Shown: positions 8,460-16,396 of the stretch, one piece after another
Layout: each line of letters starts with the position of its first letter
Numbering within the stretch: the first letter of the stretch is position 1
Source: an archaeon
Lineage (GTDB): Archaea; Iainarchaeota; Iainarchaeia; Iainarchaeales; CSSED10-239
DNA: 32,000 nucleotides
Direction of reading: 5' to 3'
Assembly (NCBI GenBank): GCA_035390665.1
Contig: DAOOUC010000002.1
Location: forward strand, 30,001 to 62,000
The notes under the pieces: generated by a model
Database searches by the model: none
What the model was told of the DNA's origin: nothing
The model's input: the letters and a program-made list of their open reading frames with translations, nothing else
Program-made: the position numbers and the translations under genes

Positions 8460-8804
8460 ATGATAGAAAAAATATCAAACATAAAAAATTTTCAAAAAAA
8501 AATTGACTTGATAGCTAAGGTTATTGATAAAACCAACATTAGAGAAGTAATCTCTAAACTTGATGAAACAAGACACAAGGTTTGTGAAATCCTAATTGGT
8601 GATGAGACAGGAACAATCTACTTAACACTTTGGGATGAAGCAATCAATAGAGTTGAAATGGGCAAAACCTATTTGTTCAAAAATCTATTTTCTTCAGAGT
8701 TCCAAAAATCCTTAAGATTAAATATCGGAAGATTTGGAGAATTTGAAGAAGTGTCTAAATCCATTGAAGTGGAATTGAATAATTTTAGATCATCAGGACA
8801 ATAA
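8460..8804 (+). CDS. single OB-fold ssDNA-binding protein (RPA/SSB-like)
   Basis: 114-aa ORF. The motif CEILIGDETGTIYLTLWDE is typical of archaeal RPA-type OB folds. Confidence 0.6.
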   Translation: MIEKISNIKNFQKKIDLIAKVIDKTNIREVISKLDETRHKVCEILIGDETGTIYLTLWDEAINRVEMGKTYLFKNLFSSEFQKSLRLNIGRFGEFEEVSKSIEVELNNFRSSGQ

Positions 8805-8874
8805 TTATATAACCTTTAAATATATTTCTGAAGTTATATTATTTATTAGACCAAAACAATTTCGTTTTAAAAAA

Positions 8875-8950
8875 GGGAGTATAGCTCAGCCTGGTCTAGA
8901 GCAGTGGTCTTATACACCAAAGGTCGCAGGTTCGAATCCTGCTTCTCCCA
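8875..8950 (+). tRNA. tRNA-Ile (anticodon UAU)
   Basis: 76-nt cloverleaf. Acceptor is GGGAGTA/TTCTCCC (U6-U67 mismatch), the D arm is GCTC-AGCCTGGTCTA-GAGC, the anticodon arm is GTGGT-CTTATAC-ACCAA, and the T arm is GCAGG-TTCGAAT-CCTGC. Confidence 0.85.
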
Positions 8951-9002
8951 CCTTTGACAGATTTTAAATCTCTTTAAAAATATATTTGTGTTATTTAGAT
9001 AT

Positions 9003-10322
9003 ATGATTACTCCACAAATAAGAAAAATGTTTTTTTGGATATTCGGATTATTGTTTTCTATAGCAATTTATTTTTTATTACAAAAATTTTCAAGCAATCC
9101 AACATGGGTAACATTAGCTATTTCTTTAATCGTAATATTTTTATTTTATATTGTAGGAGAAATATTAGCTCATATTTCTGGGATTTATTTCTATTTGCTT
9201 AATAATAAAAATTCAAAAGAACTATTAGAAATTGCAAGACAAGAAGAAGAAAAACAAAAGATACACGAGGTTGTTAAAAAATTAAAAAATACAATGTCTT
9301 TTGTTATTTCTCAAAATTATTCTGAAGAATCAATTAAAATGCTTAACGAATATGTTGGTATTAATTCTGAAGAAACATATAAACTAATAGAAATTACTAA
9401 AAAATTAATAAAAGTAAAATGGACATATTGGTTATTTGGTTTAATGTTTTCAATAATGAATGTATTCTTAATATTTTTTGTAGACTATTTTAGTTTTTTA
9501 AGATATCCAATTTATGTGCCAATTTTGATTAATATTATTATTTTTGTTTTGTTCTATATTGAAGGATTATTAGTGATGAGATTACCAGATAATTTTTATC
9601 TTAAGATACTTAATTTAAAACAAAAAAAAGTCAAAGAAAAAACAATTAAAAAAAAAGAAATATTAGAGACTAAACAAAAAATGTCTGTGGAAAGCATAAA
9701 GACAGCTATAAGATATTTATTGAAGATAAAAGTTCCAAAAGATAAAATAATAACAATTATAACAAATCAAGGCTTTTCCAAAAAAGCAGCAGAAGAAATA
9801 ATGATGCAGATAACAGATGATCAAATTAATACTCTTGCAAAACTTCCTGAAAAAAAAGGCAGTGCATTAGAAAAGGTATTTGTTTCAAAAATTTATGAAG
9901 AATTTATGAAATTAAAAGAAGTAAATCAAGAAATAAATTCAATTAAAGAGAATCTTTCTAAAGTAGAAGATAGACAAAAAGAAATAGAGCAAAATCTTAA
10001 ATCTTTAAAATCAGAAAAACCAATAATAGGAAATGAAAACACAGAAAAATATTTTGAAAAACCAAAGATTACAAATCAAATAAAAGCAGAAAAAGGCTTT
10101 AAATTTTCAAAAGATGTTTATTTTTTATATAATCTAATTCTGCCACAAGCAGCGAAATATAAAAAAGAAGATATTCAATCTTTTTTGTTATATCAAAATT
10201 ATAGTTTAGAAACAGTTGAAGATTTAATGGAATTATTTAAACAAAATAATGTTAAGTTTAAAGAAAAGGATTCAGAAAATAAAATAATTTCGTTTATAAA
10301 TAGACTTTTTGATAAAAGCTAA
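9003..10322 (+). CDS. membrane protein with two TM clusters and long K/E-rich coiled-coil regions (unknown function)
   Basis: Long ORF (track 8988..10322, GTG start); the first ATG is at 9003, so the start is uncertain. It has hydrophobic helices near residues 15-65 and 145-200 and coiled-coil-like segments elsewhere. Confidence 0.7.
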   Translation: MITPQIRKMFFWIFGLLFSIAIYFLLQKFSSNPTWVTLAISLIVIFLFYIVGEILAHISGIYFYLLNNKNSKELLEIARQEEEKQKIHEVVKKLKNTMSFVISQNYSEESIKMLNEYVGINSEETYKLIEITKKLIKVKWTYWLFGLMFSIMNVFLIFFVDYFSFLRYPIYVPILINIIIFVLFYIEGLLVMRLPDNFYLKILNLKQKKVKEKTIKKKEILETKQKMSVESIKTAIRYLLKIKVPKDKIITIITNQGFSKKAAEEIMMQITDDQINTLAKLPEKKGSALEKVFVSKIYEEFMKLKEVNQEINSIKENLSKVEDRQKEIEQNLKSLKSEKPIIGNENTEKYFEKPKITNQIKAEKGFKFSKDVYFLYNLILPQAAKYKKEDIQSFLLYQNYSLETVEDLMELFKQNNVKFKEKDSENKIISFINRLFDKS

Positions 10323-10417
10323 AAATAAAATAGTTTTTATACTTTTTCTTACTCTTAATATATATTAATTCGGCTTATTTAAAGTAAAGGATTTTAAAAT
10401 TAAAAATAAGAATAACT

Positions 10418-13267
10418 ATGCCAGAACAATTTAGTAACAAAACTGAAAAAGAAATAAAAGAATACTGGGAAAAAAATAATATCCCACAAAAAGTTAGGAC
10501 AAAAAAATCAACTAAAAATTACTATTTTATTGATGGACCGCCATATGCTTCAGGCCATCTTCATTTAGGTACAGCAATGAACCGGATTCTTAAAGACTTA
10601 ATAATAAGATATAGAAGAATGTCTGGCTATAATGTTTTGGATATTCCTGGTTTTGATACTCATGGTGTTCCAATTGAAGCAAAGGTTCAAAAGAAATATG
10701 ATTTAAAATCAAAAGAAGATATCGAAAAATTTGGCATAGATAGATTTACTAAAGAATGTTATAATTTTGCAACAGAACATATTGCAGACATGTCTAAAGA
10801 TATCTATGAGCTTGGACAGTGGATGGATTGGAAAAATCCATATAGAACACTCGATAAGTCATATATGGAGACAGGTTGGTGGGTTTTTAAAAAAGCAGTT
10901 GATAAAGGACTTTTATATCACGATAAATATCCAGTGCATGTATGTCCATCTTGTGAAACCTCTGTTTCTTTTAACGAGATTGAACATAAAGACTTAACAG
11001 ATACTTCTGTTTATGTTAAAATGAAATTAGTTGATAGCGAGAACACTTATTTTGTAATTTGGACAACAACGCCTTGGACTCTTCCAGCAAATTTAGGAAT
11101 TATGGTTCATCCAAATTATACTTATATTGAATTAATACATAATGAAGAAAAATACATTGTTGCTGAAGAACTTGTAAATAAGATAGTTAAAGAACTAAGA
11201 TGGGAAGACGATTATATTTTAGGAAATACTTATTCTGGTGAGGAATTAGCTGGCAAAAAATATGAACCAGTGTTAGGAGAATGGGTTGAAAAATTAGAAG
11301 AATTAAAAAAAGATTGTTATAAAGTAATTCTTTCTGCTCGTTTTGTTCATCTTGAAGAAGGAACAGGACTTGTTCATTGTGCACCAGGACATGGAAGAGA
11401 AGATTATACTGTTGGTAAAGAAAACGGATTTCCTGCATATTGTCCAGTAACAGTTGTTGGAGTTTATGATAACACAATAAAAGTATTTCAAGGAAGAAAA
11501 GTAAAACAACTAGATCCTGAAATTATTGAATATCTTGAAAGCAAAAATGCAATTTTAGGAAAAAGAGCAATAACTCATGCATATCCAACATGTTGGAGAT
11601 GTTCTTCTCCTCTTTTACAAGTTGCTCTACCACAATGGTTTTTAAGAATTGAAAGTATGAGAGAGAGATTAAAGGAATTAAATAAAGAACAAGTAACTTG
11701 GTATCCAGAATGGGCAAAAGAAAGATTTGATAATTGGCTTGATTCAATCTCTGATTGGCCAATCTCAAGAGCAAGATATTGGGGAATACCAATACCAATC
11801 TGGCAATGTGATAAATGTAAAGAGATTGAAGTTTTTGGTTCTTTAGAGGAATTGAAAATTAAAGCACCAAGTGTAGATGTTTCAATGGATCTTCACAAAC
11901 CTGGAATTGACAATGTTGCCTTTACTTGTAAATGTGGTGGAACAAAAAAAAGAATACCAGAAATCTTTGATGTTTGGTTTGATTCAGGAATTGCTTCTTT
12001 TGCAAGTCTAGGGTATCCAAAAAAGCAAGAACTTTTTAATCAGTTTTGGCCACCAGACATTAATCTTGAAGGTTCAGACCAGATAAGAGGGTGGTGGAAT
12101 TCTCAGATGATTTGCTCAGCAATTTGTTTTGACAAGGCACCATATAAATTTATTGCACTTCACGGAATGGTTCTTGCAGTTGATAAAAGAAAGCTTTCAA
12201 AATCTTTAGGTAACGACAGACCACTTCTTGAAAGATTTTCTGAAACTGCAATTGATTACTACAGATATTATTTTGCAAGAGAATATAATGGAATGGACGT
12301 AGTAATTGATGAAAAGAAGTTTGTGGATATCAAAAGAGTATTTAATCTTCTAGAAAATATTTATTCATTAATGGTATTAATAGATGAACAAACAAAGTTT
12401 TATCCATCAATAGAAAAAGACACTTTAGAAATAGAAGACAAATGGATTCTTTCTAAATATAATTCTTTAGTTGATAATTTCCATAAGAACTATCAAGGAT
12501 GTAATTTTTCAAAAGCAACTCTTGACTTGGAGAAGTTTATCTTAGAGGATTTTAGTAGAACCTATCTAAAGCTAATAAAGAAAAGAGAAACAAAGAACAA
12601 TGTTTTAAGCCACATCTTTTCAGGATTATTGTTGCTTTTAAGCCCTGCAGCACCGCACTTAACAGAACATCTTTTCTTAAAGTTTAAAGACAGAAAAGAA
12701 ACAATACACTTAGAAGAGCTTCCAGTGGCAAACCAAAAGCTAATCAACAAAGAATTAGAAGATAATTTTGAGATTGCTCTTTCAATAGTTCAAGAAGCAT
12801 TATCAGCAAGAGAAAGAGCGAAGAAAAGATTAAGATGGGTTCTTCCAAGTCTTGTTGTTGTAACAAAAGATGCAAACAAGCTTGAAGGAATTAAAGAAAT
12901 TGTAAGTAACATGGCAAATGTAAAAGTAGTTCTTCTTCAAGAAGAAGTTCCAAAAGGAAACTTTGAAGTAGGAGAAGTTTCTGATACTTTAAGTATCTAT
13001 CTTGACTTAGATATTCCAAAAGGTTTAGAAGACGAATGGGAACTAAGTGAACTAACAAGAGCAATACAAGCAGAGAGAAAGAAAAATAACCTTACACCAA
13101 GTCAAGTAGTGACTTTAAATATCGCTTGTTCAGATAAAGCATTCATTGAAACAAATAAGCAAGCAATTGAGCAAGCGACTTCAACAAAGATTGTTATTGA
13201 AGCATTCAATCAAACAACAGAAGCAAAACAAAAGCTAATAGAAAGAGAAGTTTACTTTTCTTTCTAA
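10418..13267 (+). CDS. ileS: isoleucyl-tRNA synthetase
   Basis: Shows the class I motifs GPPYASGHLHLGTAMNRILKD (archaeal HLGT form of HIGH) and KLSKSLGN (KMSKS). Also has the IleRS-type DWPISRARYWGIPIPIW and Zn-type Cys pairs CPSC / CWRC. Confidence 0.95.
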   Translation: MPEQFSNKTEKEIKEYWEKNNIPQKVRTKKSTKNYYFIDGPPYASGHLHLGTAMNRILKDLIIRYRRMSGYNVLDIPGFDTHGVPIEAKVQKKYDLKSKEDIEKFGIDRFTKECYNFATEHIADMSKDIYELGQWMDWKNPYRTLDKSYMETGWWVFKKAVDKGLLYHDKYPVHVCPSCETSVSFNEIEHKDLTDTSVYVKMKLVDSENTYFVIWTTTPWTLPANLGIMVHPNYTYIELIHNEEKYIVAEELVNKIVKELRWEDDYILGNTYSGEELAGKKYEPVLGEWVEKLEELKKDCYKVILSARFVHLEEGTGLVHCAPGHGREDYTVGKENGFPAYCPVTVVGVYDNTIKVFQGRKVKQLDPEIIEYLESKNAILGKRAITHAYPTCWRCSSPLLQVALPQWFLRIESMRERLKELNKEQVTWYPEWAKERFDNWLDSISDWPISRARYWGIPIPIWQCDKCKEIEVFGSLEELKIKAPSVDVSMDLHKPGIDNVAFTCKCGGTKKRIPEIFDVWFDSGIASFASLGYPKKQELFNQFWPPDINLEGSDQIRGWWNSQMICSAICFDKAPYKFIALHGMVLAVDKRKLSKSLGNDRPLLERFSETAIDYYRYYFAREYNGMDVVIDEKKFVDIKRVFNLLENIYSLMVLIDEQTKFYPSIEKDTLEIEDKWILSKYNSLVDNFHKNYQGCNFSKATLDLEKFILEDFSRTYLKLIKKRETKNNVLSHIFSGLLLLLSPAAPHLTEHLFLKFKDRKETIHLEELPVANQKLINKELEDNFEIALSIVQEALSARERAKKRLRWVLPSLVVVTKDANKLEGIKEIVSNMANVKVVLLQEEVPKGNFEVGEVSDTLSIYLDLDIPKGLEDEWELSELTRAIQAERKKNNLTPSQVVTLNIACSDKAFIETNKQAIEQATSTKIVIEAFNQTTEAKQKLIEREVYFSF

Positions 13268-13280
13268 AATATATATAACT

Positions 13281-13303
13281 AAAAGAGAATTTCATTCTCT
13301 TTT
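13281..13303 (+). terminator. perfect hairpin after ileS (AAAAGAGAAT-TTC-ATTCTCTTTT)
   Basis: 10-bp inverted repeat with a 3-nt loop, 14 nt after the ileS stop and ending in a T run. Confidence 0.4.
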
Positions 13304-13440
13304 ATAAACTTTTTCTTTCATTAAATTATTTATGATATACAAAATAGTTTTAGAGGATTCTGATTTTAAATCAAAGTTTTGTATAGTTATCAATAACTTT
13401 AATGGCCAGTAGGCCGCTACTTTATTTATCTGCATAGGAA

Positions 13441-13467
13441 CTTATAGTCAAAGTTCTTTGACATAAG
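13441..13467. promoter_or_regulatory. 27-nt near-perfect palindrome upstream of asnS
   Basis: CTTATAGTCAAAG-TT-CTTTGACATAAG (one extra A in the left arm), 65 nt upstream of the asnS ATG. It lies inside an unusually long 264-nt spacer. Confidence 0.3.
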
Positions 13468-13531
13468 TGTTTTGTTTTTAATATATTTGTTTATAAGTAT
13501 TAATAATTAAAATGGAAGTGAAATTAAAATT

Positions 13532-14836
13532 ATGGAAAAAAAATATTTAAGTGTTAAAGAAGTTTTAGATAAAAAGGAAGGAGACATATCTATTCGAGGA
13601 TGGGTATATAGAATTAGAGATCAAAAAGATAATATTTTTATAACAATCAGAGACGAAACTGGAATCATACAACTTGTAGCTTCAAAAGAGAAACTTAAAG
13701 CAGAGGAATTTGCAATAACAAAGACATTAGGAATAGAATCCTCAATAATTGTTCATGGAAAATTAAGAAAAGAAGAAAGATCTCCTCAAGGCTATGAAAT
13801 AGACATTGATTCTTTAGAATTAGTAGGAAAATCAGAGAACTATCCAATCTCTAAAGATTTCTCAGAGGAGTTTCTTTTAGATGTTAGACATTTGTGGCTT
13901 AGAAGTAGAAAGATGACTGCAATATTAAAAATAAGATCAACAGTTATTGGTGCAATTCATGAATATTTCCGTAAAGAAGGTTTTTATGAATATCAATCAC
14001 CAATACTTCAATCTGTTCAATGTGAAGGAGGTTCAAGTCTTTTCAAAGTAGACTACTTTGAAGAAAAAGGAGTTTTCTTAGCACAGACTTGGCAACTATA
14101 TGCTGAACCAGCAATATTTTCATTAGGAAAGATTTACACAATCGCTCCATCTTTTAGAGCAGAGAAAAGTAAGACATCAAGACACCTTACAGAATATTGG
14201 CATGCAGAGATGGAAGGAGCTTGGATTGATTTTGAGCAATTGCAAGATTATGGTGAAGGCTTAATCAAGCATGTTATTAAAACAGTTCTTTCAAAACACA
14301 AAGAAGATTTAGAAATCTTAAAAAGAGACACAAAACTTTTAGAAACAGCAATCTCTAAACCTTTCATTAGAATGACATACACAGAAGTTTTAAAACTTTT
14401 AAAAGAAAAAGCAGATATGGAAGTTGAATGGGGAAAAGATTTAAGAACAATTGAAGAAGATAAGTTAAGTAAACTACACGACACTTTTACAATTGTTACA
14501 AGATATCCAAAAGTTGTTAAAGCCTTTTACATGAAAGAAGATCCAAAAGACCCTAAAGTAGTTCTTGGCTTTGATTGTATAGGTCCAGAAGGTTATGGAG
14601 AAATTATAGGTGCAAGTGAAAGAGAACCAGATTTAGAGAAGATAAAACAAAGATTAAAAGATGATGGAGAAGATCCAAAACAATATGAGTTTTATCTAGA
14701 CACCAGAAGATATGGTTCGGTTCCACATGCAGGTTTTGGTATGGGTGTTGAGCGTTTAATCGCTTATATCACAGGAGTAGACAACATCAAAGATACAATA
14801 CCATTCCCAAGAACAATGGTTCGTTTCAAACCTTAG
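13532..14836 (+). CDS. asnS: asparaginyl-tRNA synthetase
   Basis: Class IIb motifs FRAEKSKTSRHLTEYWHAEME and GSVPHAGFGMGVERLIAYITGVDNIKDTIPFPR closely follow the AsnRS (not AspRS) pattern. An N-terminal OB anticodon-binding region is present. Confidence 0.9.
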   Translation: MEKKYLSVKEVLDKKEGDISIRGWVYRIRDQKDNIFITIRDETGIIQLVASKEKLKAEEFAITKTLGIESSIIVHGKLRKEERSPQGYEIDIDSLELVGKSENYPISKDFSEEFLLDVRHLWLRSRKMTAILKIRSTVIGAIHEYFRKEGFYEYQSPILQSVQCEGGSSLFKVDYFEEKGVFLAQTWQLYAEPAIFSLGKIYTIAPSFRAEKSKTSRHLTEYWHAEMEGAWIDFEQLQDYGEGLIKHVIKTVLSKHKEDLEILKRDTKLLETAISKPFIRMTYTEVLKLLKEKADMEVEWGKDLRTIEEDKLSKLHDTFTIVTRYPKVVKAFYMKEDPKDPKVVLGFDCIGPEGYGEIIGASEREPDLEKIKQRLKDDGEDPKQYEFYLDTRRYGSVPHAGFGMGVERLIAYITGVDNIKDTIPFPRTMVRFKP

Positions 14837-14850
14837 ATAAAAATATAATT

Positions 14851-14916
14851 GGCTCGCGGCGATAATCGTGCATAAGCACGAAATACATTGCGCGCCAGCC
14901 TAGCGAAACAGGCTGT
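14851..14916 (+). ncRNA. GC-rich structured element / leader fused to tRNA-Asn (unclassified)
   Basis: 37/66 G+C by hand count in AT-rich DNA. The outer helix pairs 14851-14861 with 14889-14900 and the inner hairpin is CGTGC-ATAA-GCACG (14867-14880). The element ends exactly at tRNA +1 and shares a 25-nt box with 26427-26451. Confidence 0.4.
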
Positions 14917-14989
14917 GCCTCAGTAGCTCAGTGGTTGGAGCAATCGACTGTTAATCGATAGGTCGTAGGTTCAAATCCTACCTGGGGCG
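14917..14989 (+). tRNA. tRNA-Asn (anticodon GUU)
   Basis: 73-nt cloverleaf. Acceptor is GCCTCAG/CTGGGGC, the anticodon arm is ATCGA-CTGTTAA-TCGAT, and the T arm is GTAGG-TTCAAAT-CCTAC. Confidence 0.9.
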
Positions 14990-15016
14990 CATATAAAAAA
15001 AGGAGATGAATAACTT

Positions 15017-16043
15017 ATGAGAAAGTATCAACCCAACATATAAATCAAAATTAGATTTCTTTGAAACACAGGAAGCTATTAAATTTATAAAAACTGATTT
15101 TGAAAAAAATTTATCAAAAAAATTAAATCTTTTGCGAGTAAGCGCACCTAAATTCTTAGTTTCTAATAAAGGATTATTAGATGATTTAGCAGGAACTCAA
15201 ACACCAGTGTCTTTTAAAGTAAAATTCTTAAAAGAAGACATAGAGATTGTGCATTCTCTTGCAAAATGGAAAAGAGTAATACTTGGAGATTTTAAGTTTC
15301 CAATAGGTAAAGGATTGTACACTGATATGGACGCTATAAGAAAAGACGAAGATGTTGATTCAACCCATAGTGTTTATGTTGATCAGTGGGATTGGGAAAA
15401 AGTAATAACAAAAGAACAAAGAAATATTAAGTTCTTAAAAAAAATAGTTAAACAAATATATTCTTCAATCTATAAAACAAAAAAAGAGCTAAATAAGAAA
15501 TATCCAAATTTAAAACAAGCTCTTCCAAAAGAAATTCAGTTTATACATTCTGAAGATTTACAAGCACTTTATCCAAAATTAACACCAAAAGAAAGAGAAG
15601 ATAAAATTACTGAAAAATATAAAGCTGTGTTTATTATTGGAATAGGTAGAGATCTTATTGATGGTAAACCACACGACATAAGAGCAACAGACTATGATGA
15701 TTGGTCAACAATAGAAAAAGGGAAACCAGGATTAAACGGAGACATCTTAATTTGGGATAGCATTAGTAAAAAATCTTTAGAGTTATCTTCGATGGGGATA
15801 AGAGTAAATAAAGAATCATTGTTATTTCAACTAGAAGAAAAAAAAGAAATGCACAAATTGAAATTAGACTATCACAAAAGAATAATTTCAAATAAATTGC
15901 CATTAACTATTGGTGGTGGAATTGGACAATCAAGACTTTGTATGTTTCTTTTAGAAAAAACACATATTGGCGAAGTACAGTCAAGTGTTTGGCCAAGAAA
16001 CGTAATTAGGGGCTTTAAGAAAAGAAATATTTCTTTTCTTTAA
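15017..16043 (+). CDS. asnA: aspartate-ammonia ligase (asparagine synthetase A, bacterial AsnA type), 5' end interrupted
   Basis: Strong AsnA signatures: HSLAKWKR, VYVDQWDWE, DYDDWS, LNGDILIWD, ELSSMGIRV, GGGIGQSRL. The conserved N-terminus INPTYKSKLDFFETQEAIKFIK is in the same frame from 15027 but has no in-frame canonical start. ATG 15017 is offset by 1 nt, and ATG 15006 is in frame but followed by TGA at 15018. Confidence 0.85.
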
Positions 16044-16082
16044 TCTTTATATCTTTTAAAATTATTGTTATATATTTAGATT

Positions 16083-16394
16083 ATGAATAAAGCAATTTGT
16101 TATTCCAATCTGACATTAAGTCACAAAAAACACCCACTTCAATTTACTGTTGGTCTTGGTTTTCAAGGAAAGCTGATTAACGGCAGAGTAAAAGGAATAG
16201 ATCTAAATAAAGAAAGAAAAGAACTAGAGGATTTTAATTCTAAGATAAGAGATAAAGAAATATTTGAATTAATAAAAGACTATAAAGGAATGGAGTCTCT
16301 TGCTCAGTTTTATTTTAAAAAATTAAAAAATAAGAAAATCGATTTTATAATAATAAAAGAAAATAATACAGAAGAAGTTATAATAGAAAAATAG
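16083..16394 (+). CDS. hypothetical protein (103 aa)
   Basis: ATG..TAG ORF that fills the gap and is convergent with cysS (stops 2 nt apart). No motif recognised. Confidence 0.5.
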   Translation: MNKAICYSNLTLSHKKHPLQFTVGLGFQGKLINGRVKGIDLNKERKELEDFNSKIRDKEIFELIKDYKGMESLAQFYFKKLKNKKIDFIIIKENNTEEVIIEK

Positions 16395-16396
16395 AA

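Noticed and set aside
13449-13458. 10-mer TCAAAGTTCT shared between the asnS upstream palindrome and the tRNA-Leu leader (26411-26420)
   Set aside because: A single shared 10-mer in 32 kb of compositionally biased DNA is expected by chance. The flanks do not align.
14851-14916. Interpretation of the tRNA-Asn leader element as an H/ACA or C/D guide RNA
   Set aside because: There are no RUGAUGA/CUGA boxes. The upper stem is only 5 bp with an ATAA loop and no K-turn/K-loop GA pairs. The only ACA is 8 nt beyond the lower stem rather than adjacent, and the tRNA-Leu copy has no ACA at all.
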